A stretch of DNA of 64,000 nt from a bacterium (GTDB lineage Bacteria; SZUA-182; DTGQ01; JAFGSM01). Of the stretch, positions 52,269 to 61,898 are shown one piece after another. Position 1 is the stretch's first letter, and each line of letters begins with the position of its first letter. The notes beneath the pieces were generated by a model. It saw only the letters and a list, made by a program, of their open reading frames with translations. It did no database searches and was not told the DNA's origin. The stretch lies in the NCBI GenBank assembly GCA_049472355.1, contig JBLIRP010000001.1, forward strand, positions 26,993-90,992, read 5' to 3'. Both the position numbers and the translations under genes were made by a program.

Positions 52269-53159
52269 GGAGCTGTTCAGTCCTTATAAGGATTAAGAAA
52301 AAAAGGGTTCATGGGCCGAAAACAATTACCGCATTATAAACAATATCCTTGGCTGCGGCAACTGCGGCGCTGGTCTTTCATGCCGGGTTTGTCTCAAAGA
52401 AGCAGCCTTTGCCATCAAAAACATGCATGATCCCTTGACAATAGCAAGGGATAAAGGTCTATAAAAGAAATATGATTCTGTTGATTCTCCTTAGGTTTTT
52501 CGCACTTACCTTCAATCGGCACTTCCCGATGCTCACATCGTTCCAAGAGCTTGATATGCGTCAGTATTCTGTAGAAACTCATCATGATGCTGAGAAAAAC
52601 CCCACAAACCCGTCTTTATAGCCTTTTTTGGTGAAGTATCTAAGGCAGAATTCCATTGCAGACGCTGCAAACATCTTGATGTGCGAAAAGCGGGCCTTCG
52701 CATCAAAAAGATGCCGGGCTTCTATGTCATTATATCTGTTGAGTTTCGAGATAAAATGGTCGCTGTCTCAGTAATAAAAATAGACTCCGGCATGTTCTTC
52801 AGTCACCGACAAATAGAATGCCATTGCGGTATCGGCTATCTTCATGTATGCATGCACGGTATTGACAAATGCAATCGTCCGCTTCCTGAAAAAGCGAAAA
52901 TGAAATTCGGCCCACCCATATGGTATGCTGTATCTATGTGCCCATGAAATAATTCTTCCCCTTTCTATCGATCCTCATTTTCTGGTGCATTGGTCTCCTT
53001 TTCACTGCTTGCTGAACTTTTAGATAATATTTGCCTTGACAAAAATCGAAAATTCTGCTTATTCTTTTGTCCAAAAAAGCGATTTCAGATTTCCTATCAA
53101 CTCCAGGCCGATTTGACGATATCCGGTTTTATTAAAGCACAGGATATTGCAAAGGAGGG

Positions 53160-55562
53160 TTGATGTTCCGGAAGGTTTTTTGGATAAATGCGGGCCTCTG
53201 TGTCATCGTGCTGATGCTTTCCTATAACCTGTATCAAATTTGGTCTCAGGTTGCAGTGGATATGAAATCGCCCCCGGGCCGTGCGGAAGAGGTACAAAGG
53301 GCAGATACGCCCGATTCATTGGGAAATGACGGCCCTGACTATACGCCCTCCCCGCGAATGAGCTATGCGCCGATCATCGAAAAGGACCTGTTCAGACCGC
53401 AGCGCGAGGAATGGCAGCCTCCTCAGCGTCAGGCTCAGCAACCGGAGAGTCAGGCGGAGCAACCATTCGCGCCGCAGGCCGGCTTAAAATTACGCGAATA
53501 CCGGTCGAACGAAAGCATGCGGGGCCAGCCGATCCCGGCCGCTGCCGTCAATGTTTGGACCTATGAAGGCGAACCGGTCAGCGCCACGGTGACCGACCGT
53601 CACATCGCCGTTGACTACGGCCGCAGCGGCGTGCTGTTCGACCGGAAGACCGGAGCAGTGGTGCGGCGGCTGACGGTGGCCAGCGGCTGGCCGACCACAT
53701 GGCCCGCCGATTTCGGTCCACGGAACCTCGTTCCGCGCCACCCGCTGTTGGTGGGCCCGGTCGTGGTCAATCCGAATTATTCGCCCGGGGTGGTAATGTC
53801 CGGCGGGCACGCGACGGTCGATTCTCAACCGCCGCAGGTGGCCGTTGCCCAGATCGTTTTCGCCGGCCGCATCTGGCGGGCGATGAAGCCGAAAGCGGCC
53901 TTGGACAAGGTCGAGCGTCCGGAACGCGGCCACGAAATAGCATGGTCGAGTATTCTCAGCGACATCAACGAGCAGTCTTCCCTGGTAGCGACTGCGGACG
54001 ACAACGCCGCCCATGCCGAGCGATTCACCACCGCCCACGGCCTGGCGGGCAACATCGTCACACACCTGGCCGTTCACGATGACACGCTGTGGGCGGCCTG
54101 CATCGATATCTACAATCCGGCTACGAAGAAATGGGACGTAGGCGGACTGTGCCGCTTAGATAAAAATGTCGGCCGGTGGCAGCGAGTGACAATGATCGAC
54201 GGGCGGTCCGTCCGCTGGGTCACGGCCATGGAGGCGATCGGCGACGAGTTGTGGGTTGGCTTCCGGGAGGGCGAGGGCGTGGCCGGCGATCAGATCGTCT
54301 TCGGCATGGGGATTTACCAGGGCCTCTATCGGCCGAACGCGACGGCGATCGTGGTCGCGCGGCTGACCCAGGGGAAGTGGACAAGTTACGCCCGCAAGCC
54401 GTTGCCCGAACCGCAGAGATCCCTCGCGATCGAGCCGCAACGGGCCGTTCCGCCCACCGAGTACCCAACGTCGTTCGCGCGGCTCGGCGATCAGGTGCTG
54501 CTGTTCTCAAAGCGCGACGCCCACCGGAGGTCGGGCAGTTGGGGCATGCGTCTGGCGGGTACGGTATCGCTCTTGGACCTGAATACGGGCCAATGGCGAA
54601 TCTACGACGCCGTGAAAGACCTCGACGCCGATCAGCTTACTGAGATGTTCAGCTGCCGCGGCGAGGTGCTTGTCAGCAGCAATCGCGGCCTGCATCGCTT
54701 CGGCAGCCAGACGGCGGCGTGGCGCCTGCTCGATCCGCAATCGCCGGTGAAAAATCCGACCATCGGCGCGACCGCCGTGGTGGGCGACGAGCTGTGGTTG
54801 GGCTACGATCGCCAGGACTTCTACACGATTGGCCAGCAGGGCATCAGCCGCTATAGCGAGCGGACGGGCCAGTGGTCGCACATGTCGCCTGCCGAACTGG
54901 GCATAGCCAGCCCCGTGCTCCAGTTTGTCACGCTGCCGAACGACGAGACATGGGTGCTTTTCGGCCAGCGCCCATGGATGGGTCCGACGATGCCCCACTT
55001 ATACCAACGCGAATGCGTACCGCGCCCGACCGGGCTGGGGCGGTTTGCCGCGGGCAAGTGGGAGTTCCCGGTCGCCGGTCAGCCGGCCTGCGCCACACCA
55101 CCACGCCATTTCTTTGACGGTACGGATAATGACTTGCTGCAACTGGGCGATTCGTTGATATATCTGTGCGACGGGGCGGTCTACAGCGGCCCGAAGCCGT
55201 GGAAGGAGATTGTTAAAGAGAACGTGATCAGCATTCACCGCGTAGCGCAGGAGCAGGGCGTTGAGATTGTGCGGGCCGCGGAATTGGGCGGGAAAACGAG
55301 ATACCAACAAGGCGTGTACCGCGCCGAGGGCGGCGAGGTGACCTTCGATGGGAATTCTCCGGTACGCTCGGAGTGGGACACATATAAGCCGTGGCACTTC
55401 GAGACCGAGCAAGGCGCGAAGCAGTGGGCCATCGACATCCCGCCCGGCAGCCGGGACTACGACGTGGCCCGTTCGATTCAGACCGCCGCGGCCATTTGGC
55501 TCTTGTCACCCGGTCAGGTGATCCGTTGCGATCGCAAGGCCCTGGAGGAATTGGCCAAGTGA
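53160..55562 (+). CDS. membrane-anchored protein with Pro/Gln-rich linker and beta-propeller (two-component-regulator-propeller / Reg_prop-like) repeats; in a high-GC island
   Basis: Good RBS (aaggaggg). One N-terminal TM helix. Reg_prop-like repeats are recognisable (AIGDELWVGFREGEG; VVGDELWLGYDRQDFYTIGQQGISRYSERTGQW). Very high GC3. Confidence 0.55.
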   Translation: MMFRKVFWINAGLCVIVLMLSYNLYQIWSQVAVDMKSPPGRAEEVQRADTPDSLGNDGPDYTPSPRMSYAPIIEKDLFRPQREEWQPPQRQAQQPESQAEQPFAPQAGLKLREYRSNESMRGQPIPAAAVNVWTYEGEPVSATVTDRHIAVDYGRSGVLFDRKTGAVVRRLTVASGWPTTWPADFGPRNLVPRHPLLVGPVVVNPNYSPGVVMSGGHATVDSQPPQVAVAQIVFAGRIWRAMKPKAALDKVERPERGHEIAWSSILSDINEQSSLVATADDNAAHAERFTTAHGLAGNIVTHLAVHDDTLWAACIDIYNPATKKWDVGGLCRLDKNVGRWQRVTMIDGRSVRWVTAMEAIGDELWVGFREGEGVAGDQIVFGMGIYQGLYRPNATAIVVARLTQGKWTSYARKPLPEPQRSLAIEPQRAVPPTEYPTSFARLGDQVLLFSKRDAHRRSGSWGMRLAGTVSLLDLNTGQWRIYDAVKDLDADQLTEMFSCRGEVLVSSNRGLHRFGSQTAAWRLLDPQSPVKNPTIGATAVVGDELWLGYDRQDFYTIGQQGISRYSERTGQWSHMSPAELGIASPVLQFVTLPNDETWVLFGQRPWMGPTMPHLYQRECVPRPTGLGRFAAGKWEFPVAGQPACATPPRHFFDGTDNDLLQLGDSLIYLCDGAVYSGPKPWKEIVKENVISIHRVAQEQGVEIVRAAELGGKTRYQQGVYRAEGGEVTFDGNSPVRSEWDTYKPWHFETEQGAKQWAIDIPPGSRDYDVARSIQTAAAIWLLSPGQVIRCDRKALEELAK

Positions 55563-56983
55563 GCAAATCCTATTCGTTGCTCGTCAGCGCTATGGCGGGT
55601 GCGGCTGTGCTTGCCTTGGAGGTGTTGGCCGCCCGCGTGATGGCGCCGTTTCTGGGCAGCGGTCCGGTTACGTGGGCCGCGATGCTGGCATGCGCCCTGG
55701 GGATGCTGGCGATCGGCAACGTGCTGGGCGGATTTCTTTGCGATCGGGCACGTCCAGCGGGCACGATCGCTTGGTCGTTGATCGTGGCCGTCGCATGTCT
55801 CGTCGGCCTGTCGCACGGCTACAAGCCGGCGATCGAGTGGACCGCTTCGTACTCGCTGGTCATCAGCGCTCTGTTGGCCGCTTTGATCACGCAGGCTGTA
55901 CCGTTGATAATGCTCGGGGCCGTCACCCCCGTGTTGCTCGGCGAAGGTCATGGCGACACGGGCCGTTGGGCCGGGTTCGTATTGGCCGCAGGCAGTGGGG
56001 GCGGCATCGCCGGGGCACTCACGACGGGAATTGTGCTCATCCCATCGATGGGATTGAGCCGGTCGTTTTTGGTCATCGCGGTCGGTTTGGCGTTTGTTGC
56101 CATACCCGCCCTTTGGCCCGAACGCCGGTGGTTTGGCGCGATTGCGCTTGTCGTGTGCCTGGCGTCGGGCGCGTGGTGCTGGCAGCGGCCCGTGGGCCAA
56201 ACGTCGATCGAGTCGTTCTATGGGCAACTGGAGGTTCACGAGACCGAGTCGGGCCGCGTGCTGCTGGTCGATGGATTGCCGCAGACCGGGATGCCTGACC
56301 AGATCATGCCCGGCGATGGCCTGAGACACGGCTATTTGCTCGAAGCGGCGCTGGCGATCCGCCCGGAAGTGAAACGCACGTTGGTGATTGGCTTGGGCGC
56401 GGGATTGGCGCCGCGGTTGCTTGCGGCGCACGACGTTGCATGTGAATCGGTCGAGATCGATCCTGTTATCGTGGACATCGCCCGCCGCGATTTCGGTTTC
56501 ACCGGTACGGTGGCGATCGGCGACGGCCGCGCGTTCGTTGCACTGGCCACGGGAAGCTACGACTTGATCGTCGTCGACGTCTGTACGGCCGACCGACTCG
56601 CGTGGCATCTGTTCACCCGCGAAGCGATCGAGCTGCTGCGCCGCCGTTTGGCCGCTGGCGGACTGCTGGCGATCCAGTTCATTGGCGATGACGGCCCGTG
56701 GTCGGCCTGCCTGTCGGCGACGGTAGAAGCCGTGTTCGGGCGCGGCCAAACAGTGATCGTGGCCCCGGCAACCAAATCAGGCGGCGTCGAGCCGCGCTGG
56801 CTCTTCGCCGCCGAAGGGCTGCCGCCGCGCCTGCCGCTTGAATTGGCTGCGGTGCGCTATGGCGCCCCGTGGCGCGTTCTCGACACACCATCCCAAGGCC
56901 AGATCCTTACCGACGATCACTTCCCCGCCGAGCACGCCTGGGCTCGAACCGCGAACCAGTGGCGTCGGCGCTACGGTAGCTGA
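55559..56983 (+). CDS. fused polytopic membrane domain / spermidine-synthase-like (class I SAM-MTase fold) protein
   Basis: About 7 TM helices, then a polyamine aminopropyltransferase-like domain (GRVLLVDG...; VIGLGAGL...; DLIVVDV). A GTG start overlaps the upstream stop (GTGA); the next in-frame ATG is at about 55592. Confidence 0.6.
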   Translation: MSKSYSLLVSAMAGAAVLALEVLAARVMAPFLGSGPVTWAAMLACALGMLAIGNVLGGFLCDRARPAGTIAWSLIVAVACLVGLSHGYKPAIEWTASYSLVISALLAALITQAVPLIMLGAVTPVLLGEGHGDTGRWAGFVLAAGSGGGIAGALTTGIVLIPSMGLSRSFLVIAVGLAFVAIPALWPERRWFGAIALVVCLASGAWCWQRPVGQTSIESFYGQLEVHETESGRVLLVDGLPQTGMPDQIMPGDGLRHGYLLEAALAIRPEVKRTLVIGLGAGLAPRLLAAHDVACESVEIDPVIVDIARRDFGFTGTVAIGDGRAFVALATGSYDLIVVDVCTADRLAWHLFTREAIELLRRRLAAGGLLAIQFIGDDGPWSACLSATVEAVFGRGQTVIVAPATKSGGVEPRWLFAAEGLPPRLPLELAAVRYGAPWRVLDTPSQGQILTDDHFPAEHAWARTANQWRRRYGS

Positions 56984-57608
56984 TAAACACCGTTTGCCGG
57001 TCTGTCAGGGCTGAGATAATGAATCCATTTGCGGTCGTCATCCTTCCCCAATTAGCGCTTCTTGAGTTCCGGGCATTTGAGCTTAAAGCGCCATCTTTCT
57101 CTGAAGCTCTATATAAAATGAAAAAAGGCGGTTCTGAAAGGCCTGCAATTCGACGATCCTGATTTTTGCTACAGCCCCTTCATGAGGTTTTTTCTGTGTA
57201 TCCTGCTCGAAGATGTCATAAAAAGCGCCGTGAAAACAGGATCACAGCAAAATCCAGCCCTACGGAGAATCGTTGCCTGCCTGCTTTTCCGATGTGGTGA
57301 TCGTAGGGCCGACCAAAGGTGCAATGAAGAAGATGAACATGGCCAAAAGACCCGGGGAAAGAGGCTCATGTCAAGTCTCTTGGCAAGGTAAAAGGCGAGG
57401 AACATGAACAGAAGAAAGAGGGGGCGAATATGATGACCAGCGGCTTGGTATAATAGCTGCGGATGTTCCTTCTGGTGATCATACCGACACCCCGGATAAA
57501 CTGCCAGTTGATCTACTCACTTGACATGTCCTGCATCTCCTGTCAGCCTGAGGAATGCATCCTTGAGGCTCGCCCTGCCTATCTCAAGGGATTCTGCGCC
57601 GGGAGAAA

Positions 57609-57646
57609 TAAAAAGGGCCCCTGGAGATACCAGGGGCCCTTTTTTC
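57609..57646 (-). terminator. intrinsic terminator: 12-bp GC-rich perfect stem (aagggcccctgg / ccaggggccctt) flanked by A5 and T6, bidirectional
   Basis: Perfect inverted repeat with poly-T. It lies 60 bp downstream of the stop of the 57708-59927 gene on the minus strand. Confidence 0.65.
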
Positions 57647-57707
57647 GTCATATGCGGGCCATTGTTACATGAGTCTTCAACCCGGCGTTAACCGATACGA
57701 CAATTCA

Positions 57708-59927
57708 TCAGAACGACCACCACGGCTTGACCTCGAGGTCGATGGTGACCACGGCATAGCCTCCCCGTATGTCGAAGGCGATGATTTCAACCTGGTAAAA
57801 ACCGGGGAAGTGGGTGTAGAAGTGCCAGTACAAATCGCCGCTGGGCAGGGTGCCGGTGGAGCCGATGTTGCTCGAAAAGTAGATCTCGTCGCCATCGGGG
57901 TCCTCCACCCTGAGGGTGGGGGACGACAACAGAAGTGGTTCCCCTGCCCTGACCACCTGCGGATGGTCCCAATCCATCATGATGACCGGGGGATGATTGA
58001 GCCACGTTCCCTTGTTGATGCTGAAGAGCATGAACTCGCCGATGGCCGAGGCACCCCGGTCATCCGTGGCCACCAGCCGGGCGCGATAGCTACCCTCGAA
58101 TTTTGGGGTGAACCGTATGAGACCGCTGCAGGGTTCGATCATGCTTTCAAGCCAGGGCCCGTATTGATAGGAGGGGAGACCGCCAAGGGTAAAGCTCCAG
58201 AATATGTTGTCCATGTCCCTTCTGAACTGATCAGTGAGGGGGAATCCGGGCACATGGGTGGTTGCGGGAAGGTTCGACAGCGAGAATATCATGCAATCGG
58301 CGTCAACAATGCCGACGGCATAGGTGTTGAGCTGTCCTACGTAGAAGATCTGATCATCGAGGTCTTCGAGATAGGGGGGATGGTTTTCAACCGGATAGTT
58401 CACCACGGATATGGGAAACGTCTCCAGATCCGATACCCTCCCGTCGGTCACCTCGATGCTCAGGATGATATCCTCGAAGTACTGAGGGGTGAAATCGAGT
58501 CGTGCGATATTGGGCCAGTAGGTAAAACCGGCGTTCCACAAGGCGCATTCCAGGTAGAAGCTGGGCAGGGGCCCGAAAAAGGGCCTTCCGAAACGCGCGA
58601 TGACCTCTTCGGCGTCATAATAGGCGGGGATATAGGTCGGCATGCCGTCGTAGGGATTGATCTCCAGCGGGTTTATGCCGTTGAACTGGACCCCGCTCGC
58701 CCCGATCCCTCCGACCGTGGCGTTCCAGCCCAGCGTTTGGTTGAAGGATGTTCCGGGAATGAACTCCAGATGCGGATTGCTTCCCAGGCGGTAGTTGGGA
58801 TTCGCAAAGATGGGCAGGTTGACGTCCACGATGAAATCCCTGCCGATGAGGTCCGATATGTTGGGGTCCGCCTCCGTGCCGAACCTGTTGGGATCCGCCC
58901 CCAGGGAGATCCAGTAGTCCTCGATTGCATTGGGATCAGTGATGAAGATGTCCTCAAATCGGTCGGTGAGCAGGAAATCAAGGACATTGGAGATCTCTTC
59001 GTCCCCGGTGTCATAGTCCGCGAAGAAAAGATACCGGTAGGGCTCGAAGATCTGCGCATAGCGCGGGCCGATTTTATACAGATACGGCTGATACTCGTCG
59101 TAAGGGACCACGCCTCGTTTATGGAAGGCGATATTGTCAACCCGCAGCAGGGGGTGCTGAAACTTGACCATGGCCACCATGGAATTTCCCGTATCGCCGG
59201 TTGACGGATGCGGTCCGAACCCGTCGCTGTTGTTTCGTTCCCCGTCATCGGTAAGGTCCACATCCCGGTCCAGATCCCTGATGATATGGCTCCACCTCCC
59301 CTGGTTGAACTCCCTGCCTATTTGGAAGAGAAAACCGGGGGGATCGTACATCCCGGTAAAGATGTCGCCGGGTATTCCGTCCCTGAACACGGGGCCGGTT
59401 TCGCACATCCCCTCGGGCCGGTAGATGAGGAGCACCTGATTCCCGTTCCTGGAGATCACCATGATCGCCATCTCCCAGGTATCCCAATGCTCGATGCCGA
59501 CAAAGGGTATCATGATATCGAAGGAGAACAGGCTCTTGTCGTTGATGGGGCTTCCGTCGGGGTAGGTGACGTTTTCGTTCCAGGCAAAGAAGGGATAAAA
59601 CTGGTTTAAGGGGGACATCATGCACGAATAGAAAAGCACCCTGCTTTGCAGGAAGGGGCACATGATCGTCTCGATCCTGCCGAATCCCGTGTAGGGGCAC
59701 CATCCGTAAACAGGGTAGGGGGGACACGAGCTCTTCCACCCGTAGTTGCTCGGTGCGTGCCAGTATTCGAAATCCTGCCATATAAAGGTATCGAGGCTGC
59801 GCCAGTCGGTGGACATCAATTCCTGCTGGGTGTAAATGGCTGACGTTGCCGGGGTCCCGGAAAACAATAGAATACCGCAGATGGCCCCTATAATGAGAGG
59901 AAATAGGACACATCCCCTTTTGAACAT
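57708..59927 (-). CDS. secreted NHPP-repeat (cadherin/Ig-like) protein, paralog family member C (longest, with extra insert)
   Basis: Signal peptide, DTFIWQDFEYWHAPSNYGW, VVNYPVENHPPYLED and GTWLNHPPV. The C-terminus is ...EVKPWWSF. It has about 120 extra residues in mid-protein relative to member B. Confidence 0.7.
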   Translation of the reverse strand: MFKRGCVLFPLIIGAICGILLFSGTPATSAIYTQQELMSTDWRSLDTFIWQDFEYWHAPSNYGWKSSCPPYPVYGWCPYTGFGRIETIMCPFLQSRVLFYSCMMSPLNQFYPFFAWNENVTYPDGSPINDKSLFSFDIMIPFVGIEHWDTWEMAIMVISRNGNQVLLIYRPEGMCETGPVFRDGIPGDIFTGMYDPPGFLFQIGREFNQGRWSHIIRDLDRDVDLTDDGERNNSDGFGPHPSTGDTGNSMVAMVKFQHPLLRVDNIAFHKRGVVPYDEYQPYLYKIGPRYAQIFEPYRYLFFADYDTGDEEISNVLDFLLTDRFEDIFITDPNAIEDYWISLGADPNRFGTEADPNISDLIGRDFIVDVNLPIFANPNYRLGSNPHLEFIPGTSFNQTLGWNATVGGIGASGVQFNGINPLEINPYDGMPTYIPAYYDAEEVIARFGRPFFGPLPSFYLECALWNAGFTYWPNIARLDFTPQYFEDIILSIEVTDGRVSDLETFPISVVNYPVENHPPYLEDLDDQIFYVGQLNTYAVGIVDADCMIFSLSNLPATTHVPGFPLTDQFRRDMDNIFWSFTLGGLPSYQYGPWLESMIEPCSGLIRFTPKFEGSYRARLVATDDRGASAIGEFMLFSINKGTWLNHPPVIMMDWDHPQVVRAGEPLLLSSPTLRVEDPDGDEIYFSSNIGSTGTLPSGDLYWHFYTHFPGFYQVEIIAFDIRGGYAVVTIDLEVKPWWSF

Positions 59928-60476
59928 TAACGATCCCTCCTTTCACGTGCGTTAGGTGCAATCTCAGAATAGTGAAGTTCTTCGCCCAAGGCGTCATCTC
60001 CGGCCCTTGGCTGATTGAGCATGGAAAGACACGCCGTCTTGATCGTGCGCAGGATGGCTCCCATGAGGAATCGTGCGCATTGCAGTGATACGTATGTCAA
60101 TAAAGAAATTGAAAGAAACCTATGACGAAGAAATGGAAAGAAGACATGAAGGTATTGTAACCCCTCTTTTTTATCCGGCCTCTCACCTCCTGTCTGGCAA
60201 GAAATTGAAGGTTGTAACCTTATATAAAACAGTTATAAAACAGTAATTATAAAACGAAAATTATGATGAAATAATCGGCGCTTTGCTTTTGGAAATAAAC
60301 GTTATTGCCTATAAAATAATTTATACTATTATTTATTAAATTATACCATCTTGTGGAAACTCAATCAAATAGGGCAGGAAACGCCGGTCCTTATCTCTCG
60401 ATCATCCGCAGAAAAACGATATACTGCCCGCAGAGGAAAACCCATCCGGAACAAGGTCCCGTTTTCGACAGGCCGA

Positions 60477-60965
60477 TTACTGCCGCATCATCATTTGCAC
60501 TGCTGCAATCCCTTCAGGGGTGACCTTGTACCGTTTCTGCGCCTGCCTTGTGGTGCCCTTTTTGAGTGTCTGTACCATAAGCTGGGGCCTTTTGTTCATC
60601 AAGCTGTTGACGGTGGCGGTTATGTTACGGACGCCGTGCCCCAGGCCGGCGAGCTTCATGGTTATTTCTCGCGCGGTAAGGTCTTCTCCGGGCCGGGTTG
60701 TCTGAAGATATGCTGCAGCAGCGAGCACCCTTTCCGCGTCGTTCTTCGGGCGAGCCTTGGCAAAGAGGTCCGCAGCGGGCGGAAGGGGTTGCCCGTCTCC
60801 TGAGCCGGCAATCTCCCACCCGGTATCCTTGCTCGTCTCCCAGGGTGGATCAAGCGAGAGCTTTTCAAGAACCCAGCTCATAATGCGCCGCTGCGCATGT
60901 GCATCGAGACCTCTCAGGGATGCGTAGATTTCGTTCATGATCCGTATTTCAGGGTCTAATTTCAT
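60477..60965 (-). CDS. hypothetical protein
   Basis: 162-aa ORF with coding-like composition, bracketed by AT-rich non-coding DNA. No motif recognised. Confidence 0.35.
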   Translation of the reverse strand: MKLDPEIRIMNEIYASLRGLDAHAQRRIMSWVLEKLSLDPPWETSKDTGWEIAGSGDGQPLPPAADLFAKARPKNDAERVLAAAAYLQTTRPGEDLTAREITMKLAGLGHGVRNITATVNSLMNKRPQLMVQTLKKGTTRQAQKRYKVTPEGIAAVQMMMRQ

Positions 60966-61429
60966 GCCTCACCGGTCGGGTTGATACACCCAGGCCCAAT
61001 TCCCTCCCTCGTGTGTGAAGCGATGGAAAACAGGCTCTATTAGTACGCATAGTCCGCAGTAAGGGACCGTAAGATCATATGGTATGTATATATCATTATC
61101 GATGTAATTGCAAGAGTATTAAATGACAAAATAATGACAGTGTAATGTTTCACGTGAAATCATTTAATTTAATATCCATGTTACATTCTCTATCATTTAT
61201 ACATGTAATTATAACAGCAATTTACCTATTGACTTGAGGTCCCTCGTGTGAAAGGCACAATCCGTGAATTACCCATAGGAGTCCCATCGATTGATCATAT
61301 CCCCTGCGGATGGGTGGCTGAATTCAGGAACGGAATTATGCGGCAATTGAGGAAACACGAATGGCTTGAACAAAGGGGATGCCAACAGGGTGTCTTCCTC
61401 TTCCGGGTATTACATGCGGAAAGGCACCA

Positions 61430-61792
61430 CTACAGGGAATTGTAATGGCTGATGGACTTATTGATCTTTCCGTTTGCGTCGAAAAAGAGGACCTCCACGC
61501 TGCGCTTTCCCAGTATTGAGTTATGGTAGATGGAGATGCTGCTGACGCTTGACAGGACCTCGAGCAATTCGTATCTCAATTGAGGGATCAGTCTAAATGC
61601 CTTTTGCATAAAGGTCCGGATGGTGTCCTTGCCCTTGAGGGTCCCGGTCCGAATGTTCAGCAGGGTGACGGCATAGGGTGTGGTCAGTTCGAAGTCCTCC
61701 GCGTAGAATTCCAGGATTCGATCCACATCATGAGAGTTCCATGCATCAATCCATCCCTGCGCGAAACGGAGCACCTGTTCGTTGTGTGCCAT
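61430..61792 (-). CDS. NTF2/SnoaL-like fold protein
   Basis: WIDAWNSHDVDRILEFYAEDFEL is typical of SnoaL-like polyketide cyclase / NTF2-like domains. Confidence 0.5.
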   Translation of the reverse strand: MAHNEQVLRFAQGWIDAWNSHDVDRILEFYAEDFELTTPYAVTLLNIRTGTLKGKDTIRTFMQKAFRLIPQLRYELLEVLSSVSSISIYHNSILGKRSVEVLFFDANGKINKSISHYNSL

Positions 61793-61898
61793 GGTTCCGG
61801 TCCCCCTCCGGTCAAGGTGAACTTCAATGCATCAATTGCAGTACACCGTAACTGTGCCCTATGCCCCTCTTTATATTCGACCAGCAATCCTGATGTCT

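Noticed and set aside
52681-52947. 88-aa plus-strand ORF MRKAGLRIKKMPGFYVIISVEF...
   Set aside because: It is the opposite strand of the putative degenerate transposase-like fragment. There is no RBS or motif, so it is treated as non-coding.
53490-54998. Several 95-195-aa ORFs on the minus strand and in alternate plus frames inside the beta-propeller gene
   Set aside because: These are high-GC shadow ORFs. None has a start context or a recognisable domain.
55514-56749. 411-aa minus-strand ORF covering most of the spermidine-synthase-like gene
   Set aside because: It is extremely Arg/Ala/Pro-rich with no motifs. This is the typical antisense shadow ORF of a >65% GC coding region. The plus-strand ORF has a clear TM plus methyltransferase-fold signature.
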